Assembly (NCBI GenBank): GCA_018060845.1
Contig: JAGOVG010000001.1
Coordinates: forward strand, 152,740 to 216,739
Length of the DNA stretch: 64,000 nt
Reading direction: 5' to 3'
Origin: Candidatus Woesebacteria bacterium
GTDB taxonomy: Bacteria; Patescibacteriota; Microgenomatia; UBA1400; UBA12108
The notes under the pieces are model-generated. The model saw only the letters and a list, made by a program, of their open reading frames with translations. It searched no databases and was not told the origin of the DNA. The position numbers were made by a program, and so were the translations under genes. Below, piece after piece: positions 7,792 through 16,523 of this stretch (the first letter of the stretch is position 1; every line of letters starts with the position of its first letter).

Positions 7792-8460
7792 ATGCAGAAT
7801 ATGGACTACAGCGTATATCAGGGGAGGCAGGTAGTACTCGTGGATGAGAATGACAATGAGTTGGGGGTTGAGGATATTCTAGTAGCTCATCAGGGAGTAG
7901 GGAAGAAGCATAGAGCTTTGTCGGTTATTTTGTATAGACGAGTTGGTGACAGAACAGAAATCCTCATGCAGAAGCGGTCGCAGGCGAAGCCAGTTTTTAA
8001 AGGTCTATGGAGCAATACCTGCTGTACTAATTTGCGTCCTGGTGATACTTATATCGAGCGTGCAGTGTCGAGGCTAAAAGAAGAGATGGGGATAGAGATA
8101 AAACCAGAAGACTTGAGAATTCTTTATCGCTTTAGCTACGAAGCACCTGATCTAACCAATCCAGTCCATTCGGCCCATTCGACTAGCTCAGGGCAGGCAA
8201 GCTCAGGATCTACGAGCTGGTGTGAGAACGAAGTGGATACAGTAATAGTAGGGATGTGGGATCCTTCGGTTCATTCGACTAGCTCAGGACAGGCAAGCTC
8301 AGGACAGGCTGGAATGAAGTTAAACCCAGATGAAGCTGAGGATGCAAAATGGATGGAGTATGGAGAGATGAAAGAGGATATGGATAAGAACCCAGATATT
8401 TATTCACCCTGGCATAAATTAATTATTAACGATCCACGATTTGTGGAGGAGGTAGTATGA
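7792..8460 (+). CDS. idi: Isopentenyl-diphosphate delta-isomerase, type 1 (Nudix fold), with an in-frame low-complexity insertion
   Basis: ILVAHQGVGKKHRALSVILYRR, LMQKRSQAKPVFKGLWSNTCC and CENEV match the type 1 family. The STSSGQASSG segment is duplicated. Confidence 0.75.
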   Translation: MQNMDYSVYQGRQVVLVDENDNELGVEDILVAHQGVGKKHRALSVILYRRVGDRTEILMQKRSQAKPVFKGLWSNTCCTNLRPGDTYIERAVSRLKEEMGIEIKPEDLRILYRFSYEAPDLTNPVHSAHSTSSGQASSGSTSWCENEVDTVIVGMWDPSVHSTSSGQASSGQAGMKLNPDEAEDAKWMEYGEMKEDMDKNPDIYSPWHKLIINDPRFVEEVV

Positions 8461-8675
8461 GCGTTAGTAGTCCAATCTTTAATCCTACTGTGGGATTTTC
8501 GGCAGAATTTCGTGAAAATCGATGGGTGGCGGTTAATGATGGAACTCAGAATGTTGAGATGCTCCCAAATGGGACACCCGTGCCAGTTTTGATTTCAGAC
8601 GAACTAGACTCAGGAACAATTAATGACGGTAGCACTGGGACTATTTTGCAAATAATTATACATAACTATAGCTAA
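8457..8675 (+). CDS. Hypothetical protein
   Basis: ORF overlapping the idi stop by 4 nt. No recognisable motif. Confidence 0.3.
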   Translation: MSVSSPIFNPTVGFSAEFRENRWVAVNDGTQNVEMLPNGTPVPVLISDELDSGTINDGSTGTILQIIIHNYS

Positions 8676-8678
8676 TCC

Positions 8679-9125
8679 ATGACACAACGATCAGAAGGTG
8701 TTGTCGGAATTGTTAGAACTAGAAAAGGCTATCTATTGTTGCCTAATGGTAAAGAAAACGATGGAAAAACCGAGCGTCATTTAGCTCATCGAACTTTTTC
8801 TCCTGTGTCTGGACTAGAAAATTTAGGAGGTAAAGTAGAGCCTGGTCAGACTCGAATAGATGCATTAAAAGCAGAATCTTGGCAGGAAGGGTGGATATCG
8901 CTATATGACCATCAAGTGAATGACGCAGGGTTTGGGGTGATAGTTGAACAGGGAGGGCGAGGAACTTTCGACGTGACTGTGTATTTTCTTGAACTTTACT
9001 GGTGGCAAATAGCAATATTAAAAATATTTAAGAGAGCTAAAGAGATTGATCCCCTCAATCTTGACTCTACAGAGATTCGTATGAGAGATTTAGTTATTCT
9101 ACAGTTAGCAGAGGACAAAATATGA
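8679..9125 (+). CDS. Hypothetical protein; Nudix similarity is weak and unproven
   Basis: GGKVEPGQTRIDALKAESWQEGW loosely resembles a Nudix box but does not fit the consensus spacing. Confidence 0.35.
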   Translation: MTQRSEGVVGIVRTRKGYLLLPNGKENDGKTERHLAHRTFSPVSGLENLGGKVEPGQTRIDALKAESWQEGWISLYDHQVNDAGFGVIVEQGGRGTFDVTVYFLELYWWQIAILKIFKRAKEIDPLNLDSTEIRMRDLVILQLAEDKI

Positions 9126-9916
9126 AGCAAATGTTAATGGTAAAACTAGGTGGTGGGGTAATAACAGACAAGAATGTGCACTATGGACTTAGAGAAGATG
9201 TGTTAACGAGATTAGCTGGGGAGATCGCTCGAGGATACGCGAAGCTTGGAGAGACTAAACTGATTATTGGCAATGGTGCGGGTAGTTTTGCACATTTTTC
9301 GGCTCATAAATACAGGACTACTGAAGGTTTTGTAGACGAGAGCTCTCGGGTCGGGATGGGGTGGGTGAGGCATGATGCAGTTAAACTTAATCAAATCGTG
9401 TTTGAACAATTATTGTTAGCTAACGTCCCTGTTTTCTCCTATTCACCCTCATCTTTTATGAGCGTGTCCAATCGGACTACTAAGCAAATTTTTACTGAGT
9501 CGATTGAGGACGGACTCAAAAATGGAATTGTTCCCTTAGTCTATGGAGATGTAGTGGTGGACGCAGCGCGTGGGTGTGATGTTTACTCGACCGAGCGAGT
9601 GTTTGATGAGCTAGCCAAGTATTTTGCTAAAGATTACCAGGTTAAAGTAATCCATGTTAGTGCGGAGGAGGGGGTATATAAAACTGGCCAGGCAAGCGTG
9701 TTTGAAGAGATCACAAGAGAAAACTTTGAGGAAGTAAAACAACATCTAGGAGGATCAAAAGGCGTGGATGTTTCTGGTGGAATGTTACACAAAGTAGAGG
9801 AGTGTCTGGAGTTAACTAAATTGGGTATTAATAGTGTAATAGTTAGTGGGATGGTGGAGGGAAGGGTCGAGGAGGTGATTAGTGGAAAGAAAACAGTTGG
9901 AACAGTTATATGCTAG
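9122..9916 (+). CDS. Isopentenyl phosphate kinase (amino-acid kinase fold)
   Basis: MVKLGGGVITDK N-terminus, about 264 aa. Sits between idi and uppS. Confidence 0.7.
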   Translation: MKQMLMVKLGGGVITDKNVHYGLREDVLTRLAGEIARGYAKLGETKLIIGNGAGSFAHFSAHKYRTTEGFVDESSRVGMGWVRHDAVKLNQIVFEQLLLANVPVFSYSPSSFMSVSNRTTKQIFTESIEDGLKNGIVPLVYGDVVVDAARGCDVYSTERVFDELAKYFAKDYQVKVIHVSAEEGVYKTGQASVFEEITRENFEEVKQHLGGSKGVDVSGGMLHKVEECLELTKLGINSVIVSGMVEGRVEEVISGKKTVGTVIC

Positions 9917-10575
9917 ATACAAAAACGATACCAACACATATTGCGGTGATAATGGATGGAAACAGAAGGTGGGCTAAGGCAAAGGGACTACCTGCTATTG
10001 CCGGTCACGCATATGCAGTCGAGAAGACGGTCGAAGCACTGATAGAGCGAGCAGGAGAGACGGGAGTTAAACATCTTACGTTATGGGCATTTAGTACAGA
10101 GAATTGGGGGAGAGCAGAAGATGAGGTGACGGGACTGATGAATCTGTTTAGAAAAGCGATAGAGACCAAGGCGGGCCGGTTTATCGCAAAAGGGGCAAGA
10201 CTTAGATTGATCGGAGACATGAGCCGATTTAGCGAAGATATCCAGGTAGGAATGAAGCGAGTAATAGCTGAGAGCGAGAAAAATGAAAAGATCACAGTAA
10301 CATTTGCACTAAACTATGGCGGGAGAGATGAGATTAAGAGGGCGGTGCAAAAGGGTGGAGTGGATTTTGAAAACCAACTAGATACTGTAGGGATGCCTGA
10401 CCCTGACCTGATTATTAGAACAGGTGGAGATTACCGTCTATCTGGATTTTTGATGTGGCAGGCGGCGTATAGTGAACTGTATTTTACAGAGACCCTGTTC
10501 CCTGATTTTACGCCAGAGAAGTTTGATGAGGCGGTAGAGGAGTATCAGAGTAGACAGAGACGGTTTGGGAAGTAG
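9910..10575 (+). CDS. uppS: Undecaprenyl-diphosphate synthase (cis-prenyltransferase)
   Basis: HIAVIMDGNRRWAKAKGL and LWAFSTENWGR match the family. Confidence 0.85.
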   Translation: MLDTKTIPTHIAVIMDGNRRWAKAKGLPAIAGHAYAVEKTVEALIERAGETGVKHLTLWAFSTENWGRAEDEVTGLMNLFRKAIETKAGRFIAKGARLRLIGDMSRFSEDIQVGMKRVIAESEKNEKITVTFALNYGGRDEIKRAVQKGGVDFENQLDTVGMPDPDLIIRTGGDYRLSGFLMWQAAYSELYFTETLFPDFTPEKFDEAVEEYQSRQRRFGK

Positions 10576-10597
10576 TATTTTAGCTCGCCAGGTATAC

Positions 10598-10658
10598 GAT
10601 TTTGCAGTCCTCACAGCTATCTGACGTATCAGAGGAGACGCTCCGGGCTGAAAATCAT
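10598..10658. repeat. Intergenic repeat family A, copy 1
   Basis: gattttgcagtcctcacagctatctgacgtatcagaggagacgctccgggctgaaaatcat. Near-identical to 13144-13211 apart from loop length. Confidence 0.6.
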
Positions 10659-10716
10659 TCACCTGGTTCGCTATGGTCAGTAATATTTGAACTTGTGCAA
10701 ATAGTTCGTAGAAAAT

Positions 10717-11028
10717 TTACCCGACGATGTCGATCTTGAAGATAATCTGGAGGAGCTGGGCGATCCAGAAGGCTAGAAAGATAACGGCAAACCCAAATAG
10801 CGCACTAGTAATAGTTTTTTTACCTTTTTCTTGAGCTTCTTTGTCTGCCGCACCAGCGAGCATAGTAAAGCCACCTGAGACGAGCATGCCAAAGAGGATA
10901 ATCCCTGCGAGTGTTAGTAGGGTGGGGAGGATGGAGCTAATGATACTACCCACGTTACTAGTATCTACCTGGCCACCACCGAGGCCGATGGCATTCTCGT
11001 AGGCGTCGTAGTCTGCAAAATCTGCCAT
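10717..11028 (-). CDS. Pilin-like protein (VirB2/TrbC-like), second locus
   Basis: Two TM around GGFTMLAGAADKEAQEKGKKTITSALFGFAVIFLAFWI. Confidence 0.6.
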   Translation of the reverse strand: MADFADYDAYENAIGLGGGQVDTSNVGSIISSILPTLLTLAGIILFGMLVSGGFTMLAGAADKEAQEKGKKTITSALFGFAVIFLAFWIAQLLQIIFKIDIVG

Positions 11029-11036
11029 ATAATCCT

Positions 11037-11453
11037 TTAATTAAATCCTGGTAATTGAATGATATCACCTGCAATGATGCGCAGTAGTGTTACAGAGAAG
11101 ATGATAAACAGAAGTCCGGTTACGGCACTGGTAAAGAGCTCTTTACCTTTTTTGACTGCTTCAGCATTGTCGCCACCAGTCATGATCTGGACTGTTGCAA
11201 TGAGCATAATAACCAAAGAGATGGCTCCTGCCGTACCAGCAAGAAACGTAAGAAGGGAGACAGTGAAACCTTTAGTATCTACGCTTAAGCATCCTAGCGC
11301 CGTGTCGATTGCTGTATCACCGCAGCTGCCATTGGGATCGATCGCCTTGACTTGATTGGTCGAAAGTAGAAAGTAGAGGGTAGAGAGGAAGGGAGCAACT
11401 AGTCTTTGTGATAGGATGGATATATGTTTTCTGTCTGGAAAAAGCTTTTTCAT
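11037..11453 (-). CDS. Secreted Cys-motif protein with a C-terminal pilin-like domain; short homolog of the 956-aa protein's C-terminus
   Basis: NGSCGDTAIDTALGCLSV...ISLVIMLIATVQIMTGGDNAEAVKKGKELFTSAVTGLLFIIFSVTLLRIIAGDIIQLPGFN. Compare ITCGEGSLATALGCLPY...LKLPGF in the 956-aa protein. Confidence 0.6.
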   Translation of the reverse strand: MKKLFPDRKHISILSQRLVAPFLSTLYFLLSTNQVKAIDPNGSCGDTAIDTALGCLSVDTKGFTVSLLTFLAGTAGAISLVIMLIATVQIMTGGDNAEAVKKGKELFTSAVTGLLFIIFSVTLLRIIAGDIIQLPGFN

Positions 11454-13124
11454 AGCATAGTAATTGTACTGCTTCTTATCCTGACAATTGTATCACACCA
11501 GACAGCGCACGCTGAGACTCTGGAGGAGATAGAGAAGCAGCTAGCGGACCTTTCTAATCAGCTCCAGCTATCACAAGCAGCAACCACTCCACTCGAAGCC
11601 GAGGTCTCCAAGCTGCTTAAGCAGATTGGGACTATCCAGAGTCAGATCAAAGACTACGAGAGTAAAATCAAGGATTTAAGTCTAGATATTGATGAGAGGG
11701 AAGTAAAAATTAAGACCCAATATGTAGTATTGGGAGCAAAGGTTAGGGACTACTACAAAAAATCCAGGTTTTATTCCCCTCTACTGACACTACTATCCTC
11801 ACAAAGTGCGGGCGAGCTAACACGCGAACTTACGTATGCTGAGGCGACAGCGGATGAAGATAAAGAGATGATTGTCTCGATTACCAAAGAGATTATTGCT
11901 CTAGAGGATGATAAGACAAAGCTTGAATCTGACAAAGTCAGATTAGCTTCCTTACAAAAGAAGGTTGATGGTCAAAAAGCATTTTTTGAGAAAGAAATCG
12001 CGGGTGCTAAGAAGTGGCAACAAGAGCTCTCTGGCAAAATAGCGACTTTGACAGCCAAACAACAATCAATCCTTTCGGAGAAATCGGGGACATTTCAGAC
12101 TACGGTTGGAGACGTGCCTCTCGCAGATGACAAAGCATCAAGACCAGACTACAACCCAGGATTTTCACCAGCGTTTGCCGCATTTTCATTTGGAGCGCCG
12201 CACTTTAAAGGCATGAGTCAATACGGGGCATATGGCCGGGCCAAACAAGGACAGAGTTACGAGACTATATTGAAAGCTTATTATGGCAACGGTATCGAGA
12301 TTAGAGACCATAACCCAGACGCGCAGATAGTGGTCGAGGGATATGGGAGCTTTAGTTTGGAAGAATATGTAAAAAGAATCTATGAGATGCCGGGTTCATG
12401 GGGAGATGAGGGTGGGATGGAGGCACTTAAAGCGCAGGCGATAGCTGCACGCAGCTACGCACTAGCACGCGGTGGGACTATATGTGCTACTGAGGCATGT
12501 CAGGTATTTAAACCGAGTCCGAAAGGTGGGAGGTGGGAAGAAGCCGTAAATGCGACTAGAGGTAAGGTGGTATATGCAAACGGCAGTCCTTTTTCGACTT
12601 GGTATGCATCTACATCAGGAGGATACCAACTCAGCTACTCAGCTAACGGGCACTCAACTCCAGGATTTTGGGATACGCCATCAGGACAAGCTGGCTGGAC
12701 TGGCCAAGCATATGAAAAAGTGGCTGGCTCACCCTGGTTCTACAAAGCTTGGTATAAAACAAGATCAGGTGATTCGTGCGATAGATCACATCCATGGCTC
12801 AACTCCGAAGAAATGGCCGACATCTTAAACTCTTGGGTAGTTTTATTTAATGGAGGAGGGGATGCGGGGCGAGTGACCCCAGAGTCATCTTGTTGGGGAG
12901 GTAGCCCGTATAACCGAGCGGAACTCAGAGACATAGGTGGGTATAGTAGTGTCAGTGGAGTTAGCGTGAGCTACGGCAATAATGGTGTAACCGCGAACAT
13001 TACTTTTCAGACCAACAAAGGCAGCACTACTATCGCGGCAGCAGACTTTAAGAAGGCCTTTAATTTGCGAGCACCTGGTCGAATATCGATAAAGTCAAAC
13101 CTGTTTAATATTGAGAAAAAGTAG
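11424..13124 (+). CDS. SpoIID/LytB-domain protein with signal peptide and N-terminal coiled coil
   Basis: Signal peptide ending AHA. Coiled-coil-like 40-230. GMSQYGAYGRAKQGQSYETILKAYY and AQAIAARSYA match the SpoIID family. Confidence 0.7.
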   Translation: MFSVWKKLFHSIVIVLLLILTIVSHQTAHAETLEEIEKQLADLSNQLQLSQAATTPLEAEVSKLLKQIGTIQSQIKDYESKIKDLSLDIDEREVKIKTQYVVLGAKVRDYYKKSRFYSPLLTLLSSQSAGELTRELTYAEATADEDKEMIVSITKEIIALEDDKTKLESDKVRLASLQKKVDGQKAFFEKEIAGAKKWQQELSGKIATLTAKQQSILSEKSGTFQTTVGDVPLADDKASRPDYNPGFSPAFAAFSFGAPHFKGMSQYGAYGRAKQGQSYETILKAYYGNGIEIRDHNPDAQIVVEGYGSFSLEEYVKRIYEMPGSWGDEGGMEALKAQAIAARSYALARGGTICATEACQVFKPSPKGGRWEEAVNATRGKVVYANGSPFSTWYASTSGGYQLSYSANGHSTPGFWDTPSGQAGWTGQAYEKVAGSPWFYKAWYKTRSGDSCDRSHPWLNSEEMADILNSWVVLFNGGGDAGRVTPESSCWGGSPYNRAELRDIGGYSSVSGVSVSYGNNGVTANITFQTNKGSTTIAAADFKKAFNLRAPGRISIKSNLFNIEKK

Positions 13125-13143
13125 ACGCTTGTATAGCGTAAGA

Positions 13144-13211
13144 GATTTTGCAATCCTCACAGCTATCTGGCTGCTAACGCACCAGAGGAGACGCTCCGGG
13201 TTGAAAATCAT
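13144..13211. repeat. Intergenic repeat family A, copy 2
   Basis: gattttgcaatcctcacagctatctggctgctaacgcaccagaggagacgctccgggttgaaaatcat. Confidence 0.6.
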
Positions 13212-13262
13212 CTTACGCTATACCTTTTAATCAAGACGAGTTCTTTGTGATACGATATACAT

Positions 13263-13931
13263 ATGCCAGATGTGTACGTAGCACCAAAGCCTGAAGGATC
13301 AAAAATTATGGACAAGCACCCAGAACGCAAATCTGTTACACAGCTAAAGAAGATTATTGGCGCTGGTGGTGGTGACTCATTGTTTACTTCGTTTGCATCG
13401 TTTCCTACACACATCTGTTTTCAGACCCAAGAAGACGAAGAGGCAATAGTGCTCTTTATGAGACAACACTTTTTAGTAAACACTCCGTGGATTGTCCTCT
13501 CTGCGTTTATGTTGACCCTACCTTCAGTTTTTGCCTTTTTCCCGCCCTATGCAGCACTTTCAACTAGCTTCCAGTTTGTAGTATCACTCGGCTGGTATTT
13601 GTTTGTATCAGGCTATACTCTAGCCAAGTTGATGGGTTGGTTTTTTAATATTTATATCGTTACTGACGAGCGGATAGTAGACGTTGATTTTAAGAACATC
13701 TTTTTTAGAAAAGTCTCGACTGCCAAGATTGATGAGATCCAGGATATAAACGTTCTATCATCTGGATCTTTTCAAACCTTGTTTGGGTATGGGAGTGTTT
13801 TTATCCAGACTTCTGCTGAGGTGCCAGAGTTTGAGTTTATTGCGATCCCTCACCCTGACCGGGTAGGGAAAATTTTGAACCAGATGATTGATCATGAGGA
13901 GCAGGAAAAGATTGAGGGGAGGGTTAAATAG
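13263..13931 (+). CDS. Membrane protein with a bacterial PH-like domain (YdbS/YdbT-like)
   Basis: Two TM helices followed by IVTDERIVDVDF...SVFIQT. Confidence 0.5.
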   Translation: MPDVYVAPKPEGSKIMDKHPERKSVTQLKKIIGAGGGDSLFTSFASFPTHICFQTQEDEEAIVLFMRQHFLVNTPWIVLSAFMLTLPSVFAFFPPYAALSTSFQFVVSLGWYLFVSGYTLAKLMGWFFNIYIVTDERIVDVDFKNIFFRKVSTAKIDEIQDINVLSSGSFQTLFGYGSVFIQTSAEVPEFEFIAIPHPDRVGKILNQMIDHEEQEKIEGRVK

Positions 13932-13932
13932 T

Positions 13933-14163
13933 ATGGATCCAATATTATTTATGGACAACCTTAACTTGATGATGTTGGTTAAGTTTTTGTTGGTTACACT
14001 GCTTACAGTTTATGTAGTTTTTGCATTTCTAATGATGAGACAAATCACCGCAATGACAAAAGCTGTACAGATGCAAGATGACTATATTATTCGTGGCTTG
14101 GGAGCGCTGCACTTTGGGTTTGCTGTAGTAGTGTGGATACTCTCATGGCTTCCGTCGGTGTAA
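13933..14163 (+). CDS. Small two-TM membrane protein
   Basis: MDPILFMDNLNLMMLVKFLLVTLLTVYVVFAF...; in-frame ATG at 13933 used as start (directly after the upstream stop). Confidence 0.35.
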   Translation: MDPILFMDNLNLMMLVKFLLVTLLTVYVVFAFLMMRQITAMTKAVQMQDDYIIRGLGALHFGFAVVVWILSWLPSV

Positions 14164-14176
14164 AACTTGAATAACA

Positions 14177-15937
14177 ATGACAACTATAAATGCCCATAGT
14201 TTGGTAGGTAGCCCCACAAGAACCTGTTGGTCACAAGCGCAAAGTTTGAGTAATTCTGAACAATCGATCTCGTTGGTTTTGATGCTCAAAATACAAGGTG
14301 AAGAGGGAGTAGTTGAACTGTCCTCGATTGGTGGGGCAATATTTGAAAAATTTCATGAATATGGTGAGGTTACCCACACACCGCTAGAATGGCGGGACTT
14401 TGTGGACTCTGAGCTATCGGAGGTGTCCCCATCGGTCGAGCGGTCGATGATCATCGCGTGTTTGTACGAGGAGAATGTGTGGATCTTTGGGAGTGGTGAG
14501 GTCAGCGCTCAGCTATATCGTAATGAGCAGTTTGTAACTCTTACAACAGGCGAGAACTGGAGCCAAGGATTGACAGGCAAGATGCTCAATAACGACATCC
14601 TAATCCTCGGGACTAAGTGGGGGATGGAGGTAAGTCAATCTGATGGTGTTAAAGAATCTATTAGTACTGGGCTCGATAACTTTGTTGAGACATTAGCCCC
14701 CTTGATTCATCAAAAAACTGGTCAAGCCGAGATTGCTCTGTCTCTTCTAGGCTTCTCTAGTTCGGAGGTAGTTGTACCAACAGAAACTAATAGTGTAAAA
14801 GAAAAATTTCCCGAAATAGTGGTGCGGCGAATGAGGGAGGAGCCTAGACGATTTAATTTGATTGTTGGCTCTATCGTAAGTATTGGTTTAATCGTCTTAA
14901 TCATCACCGGAGCCATGGTTAGGATCGAGAAAAAAGCTAAGAGCGAGTATGAAGAGACGATCACTCGATCAACTGCGATGATTACCGAAGCAGAGAGTGT
15001 GGCGCAGAGCAACCCAGAGCGAGCCAAGATCCTACTTTCACAGAGTATAGAGCTCTTGGAGATTTATTTAGGGACTGAGCCAAAAGCAAATTACCAAAAG
15101 GAAGCGGTTGCAGCACTGTCGATCATTAAGAGCAAAGAACAGGAGATACTCAGGGTAAGGGGTATAGCACTAGAGCCTACACTTGAGCTATCCATACTCG
15201 CTGACGGACTAAAAGCAGATACCTTGGTAAATGATACTCTCGGATCGATGTATTTTTGGGACGATAGTAGTCGAAGTATTGTAGGTGTATCGACCAAGGA
15301 TCTCTCCAAAGTGAGTTTTAGTGTTGAGAATGAGCGATTTATTAGACCATTTAGCGTTATCGATAGTAAATACGTGGGTCTGGCGAGCGGTGGGGTGTGG
15401 AGTGGGAGTAAAGATGAGCAAAAAATAGTGATTCCAACTGATGAAGAATGGGGTGAAATAAGCCAGATCGCAACATTCGGGAACAATATTTATTTGTTAG
15501 ACAGAGGACAGGGAGAGATCTGGAAGTATGCGGCGACAGATGCAGGATATGGTGAACGCAAACGCTGGTTTGGGGCGGGCATAATACTAGACCTATCAAA
15601 AGTCGTGGACTGGGTGGTAGATGGCGATATTTGGCTACTAACTAGTAGTGGAAAGCTGGAGAAATACTCTCGTGGTGCGCCAGCTAAATTTGCCATGACA
15701 GGATTCCCCAGCAACAGTGACACGGGTGGATTTTTGGACCCTATTGCCGTGTCCATAGTTGATGAAAAAGTGTATGTGCTAGAGCGTGGAGCAAAGAGGG
15801 TGGTGGCACTTGATATAAGTGGTCAATACTTAGAGCAGTATGTGTCTGAGGACTTTGGGCGAGCTAGTGACATTATGGTGTATGGGGGGAAGGGGTATGT
15901 GCTCGTGGATAATGTGGTGAAAGAGTGGGGACTGTAG
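14177..15937 (+). CDS. Hypothetical membrane-anchored protein (586 aa) with a central TM and a C-terminal repeat or beta-propeller-like region
   Basis: TM at LIVGSIVSIGLIVLIITGAMV. Repeated YLLDRG/YVLERG strands near the C-terminus. Confidence 0.45.
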   Translation: MTTINAHSLVGSPTRTCWSQAQSLSNSEQSISLVLMLKIQGEEGVVELSSIGGAIFEKFHEYGEVTHTPLEWRDFVDSELSEVSPSVERSMIIACLYEENVWIFGSGEVSAQLYRNEQFVTLTTGENWSQGLTGKMLNNDILILGTKWGMEVSQSDGVKESISTGLDNFVETLAPLIHQKTGQAEIALSLLGFSSSEVVVPTETNSVKEKFPEIVVRRMREEPRRFNLIVGSIVSIGLIVLIITGAMVRIEKKAKSEYEETITRSTAMITEAESVAQSNPERAKILLSQSIELLEIYLGTEPKANYQKEAVAALSIIKSKEQEILRVRGIALEPTLELSILADGLKADTLVNDTLGSMYFWDDSSRSIVGVSTKDLSKVSFSVENERFIRPFSVIDSKYVGLASGGVWSGSKDEQKIVIPTDEEWGEISQIATFGNNIYLLDRGQGEIWKYAATDAGYGERKRWFGAGIILDLSKVVDWVVDGDIWLLTSSGKLEKYSRGAPAKFAMTGFPSNSDTGGFLDPIAVSIVDEKVYVLERGAKRVVALDISGQYLEQYVSEDFGRASDIMVYGGKGYVLVDNVVKEWGL

Positions 15938-16091
15938 GGATATTTAATCTGGAATGCAATTTATTGCTCCGGATTGCGCGTCAGTCAGGAAAAATCTCCT
16001 CAATTGCTAGCGCGCTTCGTCGATTTTTCTTTATCAGATGCTCGTATGTCGCCTAAATTGATCCCAGATTAGCATGAGGTAGAATATAAAT

Positions 16092-16523
16092 ATGATTGTA
16101 AATAAATTGGCCAGAAGAGACTACGACATTACTGACACGTGGGTGGCAGGGGTGGTTTTGACGGGCGCGGAGGTTAAGAGCTTGCGTGGGGAGCGAGGTA
16201 GCGTGCGCGAAGCATACGTCAAACTAATTGGTGGCGAACTATTCTTGGTTGGGGCTGATATCCCCATGTATGGACACTACTCGGGACAGACGTACGATGC
16301 CAAGCGGTCTCGCAAACTACTTTTAAAAGCCCACGAGATCGGCAAAATAGTGCAAAAAATAGAGGGAAAAAACCTGACATTGGTCCCGATGCGATTATTT
16401 TTTAAGGGCAGGTGGGCCAAGTGCGAGATAGGGCTTGGTAAGGGTAAAAAGGAGTGGGAAAAGAGAGCGGACATTAAGAAGAGGGACGTAGAGCGAGAGA
16501 TGGCAAAGGCGCTAAAAAACTAA
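16092..16523 (+). CDS. smpB: SsrA-binding protein SmpB
   Basis: ITDTWVAGVVLTGAEVKSLRG...AYVKL..GELFLVGADI matches the family. Confidence 0.85.
   Translation: MIVNKLARRDYDITDTWVAGVVLTGAEVKSLRGERGSVREAYVKLIGGELFLVGADIPMYGHYSGQTYDAKRSRKLLLKAHEIGKIVQKIEGKNLTLVPMRLFFKGRWAKCEIGLGKGKKEWEKRADIKKRDVEREMAKALKN

Noticed and set aside
8161-8300. tRNA-like TAGCTCAG string inside the idi repeat
   Set aside because: No acceptor, anticodon or T-arm can be folded around it. It is an 8-mer coincidence inside an in-frame coding repeat.
13208-13414. ORFs 13208..13414(-) and 34736..34930(-)
   Set aside because: Each overlaps a copy of an intergenic repeat family (A and C respectively), and both run antisense into the 5' end of a better-supported plus-strand gene. 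They are artefacts of the repeats being open.
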